From NCBI GenBank assembly GCA_964633905.1, contig CAZWIT010000001.1:141861-205860 (forward strand): a stretch of 64,000 nt of DNA, written 5' to 3'. Below, one piece after another: positions 1 to 12,000 of the stretch. Position 1 is the stretch's first letter. Each line of letters opens with the position of its first letter. A model generated the notes under the pieces. That model made no database searches. It worked only from the letters and a program-made list of their open reading frames with translations, and was not told where the DNA came from. Source of the stretch: an uncultured Gammaproteobacteria bacterium. Lineage in GTDB: Bacteria; Patescibacteriota; Patescibacteriia; UBA1558; GWA2-36-10. A program made the translations under genes and the position numbers.

Positions 1-87
1 ACTAAAATTAAATTTAATAATAGCATTATTAGCCTAGAACAGATAAAAGCCATTATTAAAAAGGCCGGCTACGATAGCAAGTAAGTT
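1..87 (+). CDS. 3' end of upstream CDS (C-terminal fragment, ...ISLEQIKAIIKKAGYDSK*), resembles end of a heavy-metal-associated (HMA) domain
   Basis: In-frame translation from position 1 to TAA at 85-87; HMA-like C-terminal pattern. Partial, weak. Confidence 0.3.
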
Positions 88-104
88 TGTGCTATAATTA
101 ATTA

Positions 105-1238
105 ATGGACTCCAAAGATAGTATTAAATTTAAATATTATTGGTTTTTGCTATTTTTATTAATAGTTTCAATATTTTTTTACTTTTATTTACAGCAAGAA
201 AATAGCCTTTTTTTAAAACGCGATTTAAGTTCTGGCTTTAATAAGCCTAGGTTAATAAGCAATACTCAAACAGAAAAGCTAGTAGAAACTCCGATAATCT
301 TAGAGCCTGAAAGTAAGACTTTAGATTTTTTGTTTTTTGGTGATATTATGCTAGATCGCAATGTTGGTACTAAAATTGCTAAAGATGGTTTAGATCCATT
401 ACTAGTTAATTTGGCGGGCGTAGATAAAAGTTTTTTTTCCGACTATGATTTAGTTTCAGCGAACCTTGAAGGCGCAGTAACTATTGCCGGAGCTCATTAC
501 GCGCCAGTGGCTGCTAATGATTTTGCTTTTAGTCCAGAAGTAGTAAGTGCTTTGCAAAATTATAATTTTAATTTTTTTAATATTGCCAATAACCATTTAA
601 CAGATCAAGGTCAAAAGGGTCTGCAAGAGACTAAAGATAATTTAACAGCCTTGGGTTTAAATTTTTCTGGTTGTCCAGATGCTCAAGTAGGGGAGTGTAG
701 TGCTAAAATTGTTGAAATCAATAATGCCAAAATAGCCATGCTAGGTTTTAGTATGGTTTATAACTCTTTTGATTTATTGGAAGTTAAAAAAATAATTAGT
801 GATTTTAAAAAACAAGCAGATTTAGTAATTGTTAATATTCATTGGGGAGTAGAATACGAACATCAATATAATACGACACAATCAGCAGTAGCTCATGATA
901 TTATTGATAGTGGTGCGGATCTGATTATTGGCCATCATCCTCATGTAGTGCAAGGCTTAGAAATTTATAATAATAAGCCGATTTTTTATTCTTTAGGAAA
1001 TTTTATTTTTGATCAATATTTTTCAGCTGCTACGCAACAAGGCTTAGCGCTAGGATTTAGCATTGACATACAAACTAAAAAAATTGCCATAAACTTATTT
1101 CTTTTATTGTCAAAGAGTTCCCAAGTACAATTAATGCCCAGTGATTTAAAAGATAAATTTTTGGCAGATTTTGTGACTTGGTCAAAATTAAGTCCAGAAC
1201 AAAACAAAGAAATATTAAGCGGTAAAATAAACTTATGA
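105..1238 (+). CDS. CapA-family (PGA_cap) metallophosphatase-like protein with N-terminal TM anchor
   Basis: ORF 377 aa; GHHPHVVQG...LGNFIFDQ motif typical of CapA/poly-gamma-glutamate capsule biosynthesis family. Confidence 0.6.
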   Translation: MDSKDSIKFKYYWFLLFLLIVSIFFYFYLQQENSLFLKRDLSSGFNKPRLISNTQTEKLVETPIILEPESKTLDFLFFGDIMLDRNVGTKIAKDGLDPLLVNLAGVDKSFFSDYDLVSANLEGAVTIAGAHYAPVAANDFAFSPEVVSALQNYNFNFFNIANNHLTDQGQKGLQETKDNLTALGLNFSGCPDAQVGECSAKIVEINNAKIAMLGFSMVYNSFDLLEVKKIISDFKKQADLVIVNIHWGVEYEHQYNTTQSAVAHDIIDSGADLIIGHHPHVVQGLEIYNNKPIFYSLGNFIFDQYFSAATQQGLALGFSIDIQTKKIAINLFLLLSKSSQVQLMPSDLKDKFLADFVTWSKLSPEQNKEILSGKINL

Positions 1239-1567
1239 AAAAATTTATTTTTTTGCTTGCCATTTTTGCTCTAGTTGGCTATTATGGTTTTCGTTTTTTT
1301 AATGACAACGGACTACTTGCCCAATTTAATAATAGTTTAAACACTTTTATGAATAATAAGCCGAAAATTGCCTGCATTGAAGATAGTGATTGTCATTTGA
1401 CTCGGCCAGATTGCAATCCTTGTACTTGCGGATATGCTGCTAATAAGGCTTGGCAACCATACTGCCCTTTTAAGCCCAATAAAAATATTTTTTGTGCTCC
1501 TTGTGAGAATTTTCCAGCAGCAGAAAATATCAAGTGTGTAAATACCGAGTGTAAAATCATTTATTAA
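1235..1567 (+). CDS. small secreted Cys-rich hypothetical protein
   Basis: 110 aa, N-terminal hydrophobic segment, 10 Cys; start overlaps stop of upstream gene (ATGA). Confidence 0.4.
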   Translation: MKKFIFLLAIFALVGYYGFRFFNDNGLLAQFNNSLNTFMNNKPKIACIEDSDCHLTRPDCNPCTCGYAANKAWQPYCPFKPNKNIFCAPCENFPAAENIKCVNTECKIIY

Positions 1568-1586
1568 TTTATTCTAAATAAAATAT

Positions 1587-3329
1587 ATGAAGTTATTATG
1601 GTCTTATGTTTCCCAACATAAAAAAGTGTTGGCCGGCTCTTTAGTACTGGCTAGCATTAATCAACTTTTTTCTTTACTTGACCCTCAAGTTTTTAGGTTA
1701 ATGATTGATAAGTATGCTACTAAAGCTGGAACTATTTCGGAAAGAGATTTTGTTGTTGGCATTGCCCTATTATTACTTGCTTATGTAGGCGTAGCTTTAG
1801 TTTCTCGGATTGCCAAAAATTTTCAAGATTTTTATATTAATGTCTTAACCCAAAAAGTAGGCGCTCAGATGTATGCTGATTCGTTGGCTCATTCCTTGTC
1901 TTTGCCTTATTTGAGTTTTGAAGATCAGCGTTCTGGTGAATTATTACAAAAATTAAATAAAGCTAGAAGCGATAGTCAAAATTTTATTAATAATTTTATT
2001 AATCAAATATTTTTATCTTTGATTGGCATTTTATTTGTATTGGTTTATGCTTTTGTGGTGCATTGGTTGATAGGTGTAGTTTATTTTTCCTTGATTCCAG
2101 TTTTAGGTTTTAGTACTTTTTATTTAAGCCGTAAGATTGGTAAGGCGCAAAAAGATATTGTGGCTCAGCAAGCCGATTTGATGGGTTCAACTACTGAGAC
2201 TTTGCGCAATGTGGAATTAGTAAAATCTTTAGGCTTAGAAACTCAGGAGATCAAACGTTTAAATCAAGTCAATGATGATATTTTGAAATTAGAGCTTAAA
2301 AAAGTAAAAATTATTCGCGCTTTTAGTTTTATTCAAGGTACAATTTTAAACGCTATGCGCGCTTTGCTTATTTTAGTAATGATGTGGTTAATTGGTCGGC
2401 AAGATATTACTTTAGGACAATTTTTTACTTTGTTTATCTATTCTTTTTTTATCTTTCAGCCTTTATCAAATTTTGGAGCAGTGGCTGCTCAGTATCAGGA
2501 AACCACAGCTAGTCTTGAACAATTAAATCAGATTTTACAACAAGAATCAGAATTAAAGCCAGTTAATCCTAAGGTAGTGGGAGCTTTACAAAATATAGTT
2601 TTTGATCAAGCTAGTTTTAAATATAATTCTGGTCAACAACATGCCGTTGATAATATTAGTTTAAAAATAAAAGCTGGTGATACGATTGCTTTTGTTGGTC
2701 CTTCGGGATCTGGTAAAACTACCTTAATAAAATTATTAGTTGGTCTATACAAACCAACGCAAGGGCAATTATTATTTAATAATACGGATGCCCAAATTAT
2801 TGATTTAGATGTTTTACGTCAGCGGATTGGTTTGGTTTCTCAGGATACTCAGCTTTTTGCCGGTACCATTAGAGATAATTTATTATTTGTAAATCCTAAA
2901 GCAAGTGATTTTGATTGTTTAGAAGTAATGAAGTTAGCTGCGGCTGAAAGTATTTTAGCACGTTCTGATAAGGGTTTGGATTCCAAAATTGGTGAAGGTG
3001 GTTTAAAATTATCAGGCGGTGAAAAACAAAGACTGGCTATTGCTCGAGCTTTGCTTAGAAAACCAGATTTGATTATTTTTGATGAGGCAACTTCTAGTCT
3101 TGATTCTTTGACAGAAAATGAGATTATAAATACTATTCGTGAGATTGAAAAGGCGCGCCCAGAAATAATTATGGTTATGGTGGCACATCGTTTATCAACA
3201 GTAGCGCACGCTAAAACTATTTACGTTTTAGAAAAAGGAAAGCTAATTGAACATGGTAATCATGAACAACTTTTGAAAAAGAAAGGTTTGTATGCGGCTT
3301 TATGGCGCCAGCAAGTTAATGTGCAGTAA
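1587..3329 (+). CDS. ABC transporter, fused permease/ATP-binding protein (exporter type)
   Basis: 580 aa; six-TM N-terminal half, Walker A GPSGSGKTT, signature LSGGEKQRLAIARA, Walker B IIFDEATS. Confidence 0.85.
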   Translation: MKLLWSYVSQHKKVLAGSLVLASINQLFSLLDPQVFRLMIDKYATKAGTISERDFVVGIALLLLAYVGVALVSRIAKNFQDFYINVLTQKVGAQMYADSLAHSLSLPYLSFEDQRSGELLQKLNKARSDSQNFINNFINQIFLSLIGILFVLVYAFVVHWLIGVVYFSLIPVLGFSTFYLSRKIGKAQKDIVAQQADLMGSTTETLRNVELVKSLGLETQEIKRLNQVNDDILKLELKKVKIIRAFSFIQGTILNAMRALLILVMMWLIGRQDITLGQFFTLFIYSFFIFQPLSNFGAVAAQYQETTASLEQLNQILQQESELKPVNPKVVGALQNIVFDQASFKYNSGQQHAVDNISLKIKAGDTIAFVGPSGSGKTTLIKLLVGLYKPTQGQLLFNNTDAQIIDLDVLRQRIGLVSQDTQLFAGTIRDNLLFVNPKASDFDCLEVMKLAAAESILARSDKGLDSKIGEGGLKLSGGEKQRLAIARALLRKPDLIIFDEATSSLDSLTENEIINTIREIEKARPEIIMVMVAHRLSTVAHAKTIYVLEKGKLIEHGNHEQLLKKKGLYAALWRQQVNVQ

Positions 3330-3496
3330 ATTTGACTTTTATTTAGAGCTTTGCTAAATTAAATATATGGCTAGAATAATGATTAATTTAAACAATAATA
3401 ATAACCGATTTTAAGACCGGCCAGATTTTATTTTATAAAAATATTTTAAAAAGCCGGTCAATAAAGATCGGTTTTTTAAAATATTTTTTTTGCTAT

Positions 3497-3571
3497 TCCG
3501 GGGTAGTTGAGTGGTACAACGCCGCGCTGTTAACGCGGATATCGCAGGTTCGATCCCTGCCCCCGGAGCCA
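3497..3571 (+). tRNA. tRNA-Asn (anticodon GTT)
   Basis: Cloverleaf read by eye: acceptor TCCGGGG/CCCCGGA, anticodon stem CCGCG/CGCGG with loop CTGTTAA, T-arm GCAGGTTCGATCCCTGC, 3' CCA encoded. Confidence 0.85.
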
Positions 3572-3573
3572 TT

Positions 3574-3606
3574 AAAAAAATACAAACGAAGGTTTGTATT
3601 TTTTTA
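3574..3606 (+). terminator. intrinsic terminator after tRNA-Asn
   Basis: aatacaaacGAAGgtttgtatt hairpin followed by T-run. Confidence 0.5.
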
Positions 3607-3696
3607 ATCTTGGCGGAGTGCGGAAAATTATTTTTCATTCCAAATTTTCTGCCGGAGCTAATTAATTATAAATAGTAGTTAAAGATAAAACATATC

Positions 3697-4737
3697 TTAA
3701 ATTGGCGATTTTTGTGATTGAGTAATAGCGTGTTTAATTGCCTCGTTAACTAATACCTCAGAATTATATTTGCCAGCATTTTGTTCTAACCAAGCTGCTA
3801 TGTTGCTGGCGACTAAACTAGAAAAACTTTTATCTTTTGAGTCGGCCGCAATTTTTGTTCTGCCCATTTCTCTTGGTGCCTCATGAATACCATTGTTCTG
3901 CATCCAGGTATTTAATATTTCTAAAATTCGGTTAGCATTATCTTTATTTTTAAAATGCACAACAATAGAATCATTATGCGCAAAAAATGCGCTAAAGCTT
4001 TCAGGGACTTTGACTTGAATAATGTCATCAGTTTCAAGTGATAATTGTCGGAGTTCTTGAGCTAGTTGGGGTAGATGTTGTATAAAAGAATATTCGCCAC
4101 TTGGTATGCTTACGTAGGCTTTGATATTTGTGCTTTCTTTTTTTGCTTCTTCTGGTCTTGTATTTATGCCAAACCAACCTGGGTTGCTATCCCATTTAAA
4201 TTCGCCGTCTTGGCTTAGCATTTGTTCTATATTAGCTCTAGTATTTCGGTACCATTCTACTTGTGTTTTATTATCTTCTAGTAAATCGGCGGCATTTTTG
4301 CCAGCTCCATCAGTACTGCTAATAAATTCGCTACGGCGAGTCAACATTTCATACAATACTACTTCTGCTTGAGCGGCTATATTAGTGTTATTTTGATTAT
4401 TTTCTAAAATTTTTTTTAATTTTTGTTTAGCCAAAATAACATTAGGAAGATCATCATAATTTTCCGTTTGTTCATTAGTATTAGCATCTTGGTTATCAAT
4501 AGCAGCAATATTTTGTCTAGCTGACTCTAAGTCAGCTTGGTCTTGGTTGGTCTGTTGCTGCTCTATTTCTGTCCAACTTTTTTCTCTTTCAGCTTTATAT
4601 TCATCAATTGTTTCATCAATGCGCATAGCTCGTCCAGTCATGTGCATTTCTTTTTTGAGGGCAGCTATTTCTTCAGGAGAAATATTTTGGTTAGCAGCTT
4701 CTGTATTTGCTGTTGCTTGTATTTTTTCAAAATCCAT
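3697..4737 (-). CDS. hypothetical protein (acidic, Q/N-rich N-terminal half)
   Basis: 346-aa ORF on minus strand, no recognisable domain by eye. Confidence 0.5.
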   Translation of the reverse strand: MDFEKIQATANTEAANQNISPEEIAALKKEMHMTGRAMRIDETIDEYKAEREKSWTEIEQQQTNQDQADLESARQNIAAIDNQDANTNEQTENYDDLPNVILAKQKLKKILENNQNNTNIAAQAEVVLYEMLTRRSEFISSTDGAGKNAADLLEDNKTQVEWYRNTRANIEQMLSQDGEFKWDSNPGWFGINTRPEEAKKESTNIKAYVSIPSGEYSFIQHLPQLAQELRQLSLETDDIIQVKVPESFSAFFAHNDSIVVHFKNKDNANRILEILNTWMQNNGIHEAPREMGRTKIAADSKDKSFSSLVASNIAAWLEQNAGKYNSEVLVNEAIKHAITQSQKSPI

Positions 4738-4887
4738 ATATAAAATTAATTTTTTAATAAAATAAAAATATTTATCTTATTATTGCCATTGTAATAAAAA
4801 TTACTAAAAAAGTAAACATTATCGTAGTTAATATTTATTCATAAATAAAATAATTGCTAAATATCTCTAAGTTGTTATAATAAACTA

Positions 4888-6126
4888 ATGAAAATAGCAA
4901 TTATTGGTGGTGGTGCAGCTGGTATGATGGCTGCGGCTACTATTAACGAAACTAATACTAAGATTGAAGTTTTTTTATTAGAAAAAAATGTTTCTTTAGG
5001 TAAAAAAGTAATTATCTCTGGCGGTGGGCGTTGTAATGTGACAACTGGTATTCAGGATATTAAAGTGGTTTTAACCAAATATCCGCGTGGTGCTAAATTT
5101 TTAAATTCCGCGATGTATAATTTTTCACCTAAAGCTGTTCAAGATTGGTTTACTGGTCACGGCGTGCCTTTAAAATGTGAAGCTGATGCTAGAGTATTTC
5201 CAGTTTCTAATAATGGTCAAGATATAGTAGCTGTTTTTGAAAAAATTTTTGCTAATAGTAATACTAAAGTTTTATTTAAACATTCAGTTCAGAAAATTGA
5301 ATATAAAAATCAACAATTTATTATTTATTGCCAAAATCAAAAAGTTTTAGTAGTTGATAAAGTTATTTTAACTTTAGGTGGGCAAGCTTATCGTCAGACC
5401 GGCTCTACCGGTGATGGTTACTTATTAGCAGAAAGATTAGGTCATAGTACTAGCGAGTTAGCTGCTAGTTTAAGTTCTTTGCTTACTAAAGAAAAATGGC
5501 CGGTTCAAGTGATGGGTTTGTCTTTTGCCAAAGCAAATTTTAAATTTAAGACTAATAAAAAACAGGAGTTTAGCGGACCTTTTGTTTTTACGCACTGGGG
5601 TTTAAGTGGGCCGGCGGTATTTGCTATGTCGGCATTGACGGCTTTTGAAAAAATTAGTCAAGAAAAACCACTAACTATATTTGTTGATATTATGCCAGAC
5701 TTAGCAGCTGAAAAAGTAGCAGTTCAAATTAAAAAATTTATGCAAGCTAATCCTAAAAAAACATTTAAATATGCTCTACAACCTTTGACTACTTTAGCTT
5801 TGGCTAATGTTATTTTAGAACAACTAAATATTTCTTTAGAAAAAAAGAATAGCGAACTTAGTAAGGCCGACTTAAATAAAACAGTAAATTTTTTAAAAAA
5901 CATACCTTTAACTATTGTAGGCAGAAGAGCTGGTGATGAGTTTGTAACAGCTGGTGGCATTAAATTAACAGAGGTAGATTCTAGTACTATGCAATCTAAA
6001 ATCTGCCCAAATTTATATTTTGCCGGAGAAATTTTAGATATTGATGGCTTTACGGGCGGTTTTAATTTGCAGGCAGCTTGGGCGACCGGACGACTAGCTG
6101 GCTTAAAAAGTAGTGCTATTAAATAA
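4888..6126 (+). CDS. NAD(FAD)-utilising flavoprotein, HI0933/BaiN family
   Basis: 412 aa; N-terminal GGGAAG dinucleotide fold, GGGRCNVT motif characteristic of HI0933-like proteins. Confidence 0.75.
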   Translation: MKIAIIGGGAAGMMAAATINETNTKIEVFLLEKNVSLGKKVIISGGGRCNVTTGIQDIKVVLTKYPRGAKFLNSAMYNFSPKAVQDWFTGHGVPLKCEADARVFPVSNNGQDIVAVFEKIFANSNTKVLFKHSVQKIEYKNQQFIIYCQNQKVLVVDKVILTLGGQAYRQTGSTGDGYLLAERLGHSTSELAASLSSLLTKEKWPVQVMGLSFAKANFKFKTNKKQEFSGPFVFTHWGLSGPAVFAMSALTAFEKISQEKPLTIFVDIMPDLAAEKVAVQIKKFMQANPKKTFKYALQPLTTLALANVILEQLNISLEKKNSELSKADLNKTVNFLKNIPLTIVGRRAGDEFVTAGGIKLTEVDSSTMQSKICPNLYFAGEILDIDGFTGGFNLQAAWATGRLAGLKSSAIK

Positions 6127-6154
6127 TTTATTATTTTTTAATTTTAATAAAGTT

Positions 6155-6685
6155 ATGAAAAAGGTAATTTTAGGTATTGGAATATCTGGTGCAGGTAAAA
6201 CAACTATATTAAAAGAATTTGCTCAAAAATATGATTATATTTATCTTTGCCCAGATGATATTAGGGAAGAAATATTGGGTAATGCTGCTGATCAGTCAAA
6301 AAATAAAGAAGTCTGGGCAGAAGCTAAACAAAGAATGAGTGATTATTTAGCTCAAGGTAAGACAGTTGTTTTTGATGCAACTTTTACCCAGGCTATTCAG
6401 CGTAAGGCCTTTATTGATTTTGCTAGAGAAAGTGGAGCAGATAAAATTCAAGGAATTTTGTTTGATACACCGCTTGATATTGCTATAGAGCGTAATGCAA
6501 AAAGAGAGCGTCAGGTTCCAGAATACGCTATTCAAAGAATGAATAATGATTTAAAAACGGCACAACCTAATATTAGTGAAGGACTGGATTCAATTTTTAC
6601 CCTTAACGAATATCAAGAATTAGTTGATGTTGATAGGGTAGAAAATAGAGAAGATTTTGAGCAAGGTTTTAAGAATATTCATTAA
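6155..6685 (+). CDS. P-loop kinase/ATPase (AAA_33/zeta-toxin-like fold)
   Basis: Walker A GISGAGKTT; start moved to internal ATG 6155 (MKKVILG...) because the track ORF start overlaps the upstream gene. Confidence 0.55.
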   Translation: MKKVILGIGISGAGKTTILKEFAQKYDYIYLCPDDIREEILGNAADQSKNKEVWAEAKQRMSDYLAQGKTVVFDATFTQAIQRKAFIDFARESGADKIQGILFDTPLDIAIERNAKRERQVPEYAIQRMNNDLKTAQPNISEGLDSIFTLNEYQELVDVDRVENREDFEQGFKNIH

Positions 6686-6792
6686 AGTTTATTTATTTCC
6701 AGATTTAAAATATTAGGGGCCTTATTATTTAATTATGCTTATTAGAGCTTAATGGCTTAACGTCTTGTCAAAAAGCCTTATTTCTGTTATTA

Positions 6793-8598
6793 TTGCTCCC
6801 TATGGAGATACGAAATATTGCAATTATTGCTCACGTTGATCATGGCAAAACAGCCTTGACTGACGCTATTTTAAAACAAACCGGCATGCTCACTGATGAA
6901 AGTGTGAGTATGGATTCAAATACCTTGGAAAAAGAACGTGGTATTACTATTTATTCTAAAAATGCTTCTGTTTTTTATAAAGATACCAAGATTAATATTG
7001 TTGATACTCCGGGTCACGCTGATTTTGGTTCAGAAGTAGAACGAGTTTTGCGTTCTATTGATAGCGTTTTACTAGTAGTAGATGCCCAAGAAGGGCCGAT
7101 GCCGCAAACTAGGTTTGTGCTTAAAAAATCTTTAGAGCTTGGTTTAAAGCCGATTGTAGTGATTAATAAAATTGATAAACCAGCAGCTAATCCAAATCTA
7201 ACTCATGAACAAGTTTTTGAGTTATTTATGGATTTGGGTGCTACTGACGAGCAATTAGATTTTACAGCGGTTTATGCTATTGGTAAGCTCGGTATTGCCA
7301 AGCGTTATTTAACGGATGAATCAGACAATATTAATCCTTTGCTTGATATTATCTTAGAAAAAGTGCCAGCCGCTAAAGCAGAATTAAATTTGCCAGTTCG
7401 TTTTCAAGCTTTTAATTTAGCTTACGATAATTTTTTAGGTAGACTGGCCATTGGTCGTATTTATGAAGGCACTTTGACTGATAAAGCTAATTTAGTTTTA
7501 AAGAAAATCAATGGTGAAAATAAAAGTGGGCGCTTAACCAAATTATTTACTTTTAATGGTTTGGAAAGAAAAGAAGTTTCAGAAGCTGGAGCTGGCGACA
7601 TTGTGATGGTAGCTGGTTTTCCTGATATTGATATTGGTGAAACTATCTGTCTTAATGCCGAACAAGAAGCAATGCCAGCTATTAATGTTGATGAACCGAC
7701 TATTTCTCTAGATTTTTTAGTAAATAGTTCTCCTTTTGCTGGACGCGAAGGTAAATTTGTTACTAGTAAACAATTAAAAGAGCGTTTAGAAAAAGAATTA
7801 GAAGTTAATGTTGGACTTAAAATTGATTTTTCTGGTGATACTTTTAAAGTTTATGGTCGCGGTGAATTACACGTCGCTATTTTGATTGAAACTATGCGCC
7901 GTGAAGGTTATGAGCTACAAGTTTCGCAACCACAGGTTATTATTGAAGAAAAAGACGGTAAAAAATTTGAACCATACGAAGAAGTAACTATTGATGTGCC
8001 AGAAGCACAGTCTGGTATTGTGATGGAAAAAATGGGTAAACGTAAAGGCATTGCTACTAGTATGAAAAGTGACAATAACCAGATGCGGGTAGTTTTTGAA
8101 ATGCCAACTAGAGGTTTGCTTGGTTACCGTGGAGAATTTATCATTGATACTCGTGGTGAAGGTATTTTATGTTCGCGGGTAATTGGTTATCGACTCTATG
8201 CTGGTGAAATCAAAAAACGCGATGTTGGCTCTATGGTGTCGATGGCTACTGGTAAGGCTTTGGGTTTTTCTTTGTATAATTTGCAAGATCGAGGTGTTTT
8301 GTATATTGGGCCAGGTGTTGAAGTTTATGAAGGCATGGTAATTGGCAATACTGCCAAAGGCGCCGATATGAATGTTAATCCAACCAAAGGTAAACAGCTT
8401 ACTAATATGAGAAGCAAAGCTTCTGATGAAGCGATTACTTTAGTGCCACCAAATATTTTGACTATTGAAAAAGGCTTAGAAATAATTGCTGAAGATGAAT
8501 ATTTGGAAGTTACTCCCAAAAGTGTGCGTTTACGTAAGCAAGCTTTAAGCGATAATGAAAGACGTAAAGTTAGTCGTAAAGCAGTTGAAACAGAATAA
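6793..8598 (+). CDS. typA: translational GTPase TypA/BipA
   Basis: 601 aa; G1 [20 protein letters not shown]; length and architecture of BipA. Confidence 0.9.
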   Translation: MLPMEIRNIAIIAHVDHGKTALTDAILKQTGMLTDESVSMDSNTLEKERGITIYSKNASVFYKDTKINIVDTPGHADFGSEVERVLRSIDSVLLVVDAQEGPMPQTRFVLKKSLELGLKPIVVINKIDKPAANPNLTHEQVFELFMDLGATDEQLDFTAVYAIGKLGIAKRYLTDESDNINPLLDIILEKVPAAKAELNLPVRFQAFNLAYDNFLGRLAIGRIYEGTLTDKANLVLKKINGENKSGRLTKLFTFNGLERKEVSEAGAGDIVMVAGFPDIDIGETICLNAEQEAMPAINVDEPTISLDFLVNSSPFAGREGKFVTSKQLKERLEKELEVNVGLKIDFSGDTFKVYGRGELHVAILIETMRREGYELQVSQPQVIIEEKDGKKFEPYEEVTIDVPEAQSGIVMEKMGKRKGIATSMKSDNNQMRVVFEMPTRGLLGYRGEFIIDTRGEGILCSRVIGYRLYAGEIKKRDVGSMVSMATGKALGFSLYNLQDRGVLYIGPGVEVYEGMVIGNTAKGADMNVNPTKGKQLTNMRSKASDEAITLVPPNILTIEKGLEIIAEDEYLEVTPKSVRLRKQALSDNERRKVSRKAVETE

Positions 8599-8614
8599 TA
8601 AATTTTAAATTAAT

Positions 8615-8660
8615 TCAAGCCAGCTTAGTCGCATCTAGTGTGGCTAAGCTGGCTTTTTAT
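8615..8660 (+). terminator. intrinsic terminator after typA
   Basis: aagccagcttag...ctaagctggctt hairpin then TTTTTATT. Confidence 0.5.
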
Positions 8661-8734
8661 TGACAAAAACTTTAGTTTTTAGATAAAATAAAATTGCCTT
8701 TAGCTGTTTATTTATTTTTGACCAAGGAGGTCGA

Positions 8735-8878
8735 ATGATGGCGAGTAAGGCAACAAAAGAAAAAGATAGTCTGCCCACTTGGGCTATAGTAGTTATACTA
8801 GTTGGATTTATTTTGCTCTTTATTATTGGTGGCGATAATTTAGCCAATGTTTTGCGTAGATGGTTTAAATTTGCCTAA
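8735..8878 (+). CDS. small membrane protein (47 aa) with strong SD
   Basis: AAGGAGG 5 nt upstream of ATGATG; single TM helix; below the 60-aa cutoff of the ORF track. Confidence 0.4.
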   Translation: MMASKATKEKDSLPTWAIVVILVGFILLFIIGGDNLANVLRRWFKFA

Positions 8879-9001
8879 AAGATATTTTGTTGACTGCTTG
8901 ATGCCTATAGTATCGAGCAGTTTTTCAATTATGACAAATTTTGACTTTATGTTATAATAATCTTGTTTATTAACATATAATATATTTTATATTTTAAAAT
9001 T

Positions 9002-12000
9002 ATGATTAAAAAATTATTTTCTAAGGAGTATCTAAAAGGTACGGCTAAAAGAAAAGTAGTAGCAATAATTGCTATAATTATTTCTGTCGGACTGGTGCTA
9101 GCATCGGTTTTTTATTTTTCTGGCGGCTGGGATAGATTTAAAGTAAAATTTGGCAAACAGCCGAGTTTGTTTGATGGTTTTTCTAAATTGATTTTAAATG
9201 GGGCTAATGCTCAAGATAATTTTGATTTAGAAGCAGTGGGTGCTGATAGTCTAGGTATTGATGTTGATACCAGCTTTATTTTGACTAGTAAAGATGATGT
9301 TAGTACTGAAGATGTTGAGAAAATTATTAAGCTTAGCCCAGCAATAGCTTATGCTTTGGAAGAGAAGGATAAAAACAAATGGGAAATTAAGCCTAAAGAG
9401 CCGTTAAATCCTAATGACATTATTCGTATTTCTATGGCCACGGCTTATGTGGCTGAAGAAGGTAAAGAGCAGAGTCGTTATTATGATTGGGCTTTTCAGG
9501 TAAAAGATAGCTTTAAGATTTTAAATACTATTCCGCGTGATACAGGCGTGAGCGTGCCGGTAAATTCTGGTATTGAAATCACTTTTAGCCATGAAAATTT
9601 TTATGACTATGAAAAATATTTTAGTTTAGAGCCTAGTGTTGAAGGTAGATTTGAAAAACATGGTCGTACTTTAGTTTTTGTGCCTAAAGAGCCACTAGCT
9701 CTTAGTCAGATTTATCGCGTTACTCTTAAGCAGGGATTAGCCTTGTCCGATAGCCAGGAAGTGTTAGCAAGTGATTATACTTTTGCTTTTGAAACTATCC
9801 AAAAGAAATTTCAATTAAGATCAAGTGATCGTGATCCTTGGCTTTATTTGCACGAAAAATTACAGGATTTTGCTATCAATGAAGCGCCTTTATTGTTTTT
9901 ATCAGCTATGAATATTCCCCAAGATACTCTAGAAGTAAATGTTTATCCTTTAGCTGGACAGTCTGAATATATTGAAATTTTAGATAAACGTGATCAATAT
10001 CCCTGGTGGTCTTATTCTAAAGATAATCAATTGGTAGATTTACAAAATAAAAATAAATTAAATTCTTGGAAATTAAAAATTGAACAACAAAATAACAATC
10101 AATTTATTCATTTTCCTGAAGGCTTACCAAAAGGTTATTTTGTGGTAGAAATAAAAAATGGAGATATTAATGATCAGGCAATTTTACAGATTAGTAATGC
10201 TTCGGCTTACGTAAATGTTGCTAAAGATAAAACAGTAGTTTGGGTAGCAGATTTAGCTGCTAAAAAGCCAGCCAGCAATGCCCAAGTAGAGTTATTGGGA
10301 GATAGTCAAAAATATAATGGTGATGCGCAAGGAGTGGCTAGTTTTACTACACCTGGTCAACTAACTAAAGAAGCTTTTGATAAAAAAGATAATAAACGTT
10401 ATTACTTTAAGGCTAGCTTTGGCGATGAATCATTAATTATACCAGCCTCTTATCTTTCTCCTTATTATGGTTATTGGAGTAATGATATTCAAGCAAATTA
10501 TTGGCAGTATTTTTATACTGACAGGCCTTTATATCAGCCGACTGATACGATTAAATTTTGGGGCTTGCTTAAATTAAGAAATAAACAAGATAGTAGTAAT
10601 GATCAAATGAAAGTTGAGCTTTATAAAGCTGGCTATGTTGATTATTATTATCGTCCAGTAATGATTTCTGAGCAGAGTTTAAGTATAGATAGCGATGGTA
10701 TTTATAGTGGTCAAATAGATATTAAGGATTTACGTTCGGATTATTATTATTTACAAGTTAAAGTTGGCGAGCAAATAGTAGCCACTAAGTATTTACAAGT
10801 TAATCCTTATGAAAAACCAGCCTATAACTTGACTTTAACTCCAGAAAAAAAAGCTGCTTTTGCTGGTCAAGAAATTAAATTAACAGGCTTGGCTACTTAT
10901 TTTGAGGGAACGCCAGTACCAAATTTAGCTTTAGTTTTTAATACTGGTAGTGGCTCTCAAAAAGTTACAACTGATTCAGAGGGTAAGGTTAATTTAGTTT
11001 ATACGGAAAAATATAATGATTGTCAAAGTGAATATAGTTGTTGGCCAAGGAATGCTTGGTTAGAGTTAAGGCCAGAATCATCAGAACTGGCTGATATTTC
11101 AGCTAGTGCTAGCTTAACTTTTTATGGACCTAGTGTTTATGCTACTCAAAAAGTTACTTATTCAGACACTGCTAAAGGACGTTTAGAAATTAAAACTAAA
11201 AAAGTTGATTTAAATAAAGCAGAAACTCCTTATTGGTGGGGATATGATGATAAAGAAGCGCAGATTGCTCCTAATGTAAAAATAGAAGGCGAGGTTAAAC
11301 AAATTAATTATAAGCGCATAGAAACTGGCACAGCTTATGATTTTATTAATAAAGTTTCCCATAAAACTTACCGTTATGAGCGCAGTGAAAAAATAGTTGA
11401 TAATTTTGTCGGTATTAGCGATGGTAATGGTACTTATGTTTATGAACGTCAAGTCGAGCCAGAAACATCATATGAGATTAGTTTGAAATATTATGATAGT
11501 GAAGGCAGGTATGACGTCACGCGGTCTTATATGTATTATAGCGTTGGTAATAGAATATATAATTATAATGGATATAATTTTGATTATTATCATTTAAAAT
11601 TAGACAAAGAAGAATATTCTGTTAGCGATGAAGTAGTAGTTGATTTTTTGAAAAATGAAGAAAATCTACCAAGCAATGATAATAATTATTATTTGTATTT
11701 ACAGCATCAAAATGGTCTACGCGAATATGCTGTGACTCAAAATTCTAAATATGCCTTTTTCTTTACTAATGATGATATTCCCAATGTTAATTTGACTGGA
11801 GTTTATTTTAATGGCAGGGCTTTTATAAATACTTGGGGAGATTCAGTGCGCCTTAAAAAGGCCGATAAAACCATGAGTATTGATATTAAGACTGATAAAG
11901 AAAAATATCAGCCTGGTGAAGAAGTAAAATTAGATATTGTTACTAAAAATGCTAAAGGTGAGCCAGTGAGTGCAGCCGTTAATTTGAATTTAATTGACGA

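Noticed and set aside
1013-1263. Short antisense ORFs inside capA (and similar 60-100-aa antisense ORFs throughout the track, e.g. 4121-4372, 5724-5960, 11210-11452, 18225-18653, 33425-33668, 46348-46594)
   Set aside because: They are fully embedded in longer, well-supported genes on the other strand, have AT-rich low-complexity translations and lack SDs.
3411-3638. 75-aa minus-strand ORF
   Set aside because: It overlaps the tRNA-Asn gene and its terminator, has no SD, and its open frame reflects local composition.
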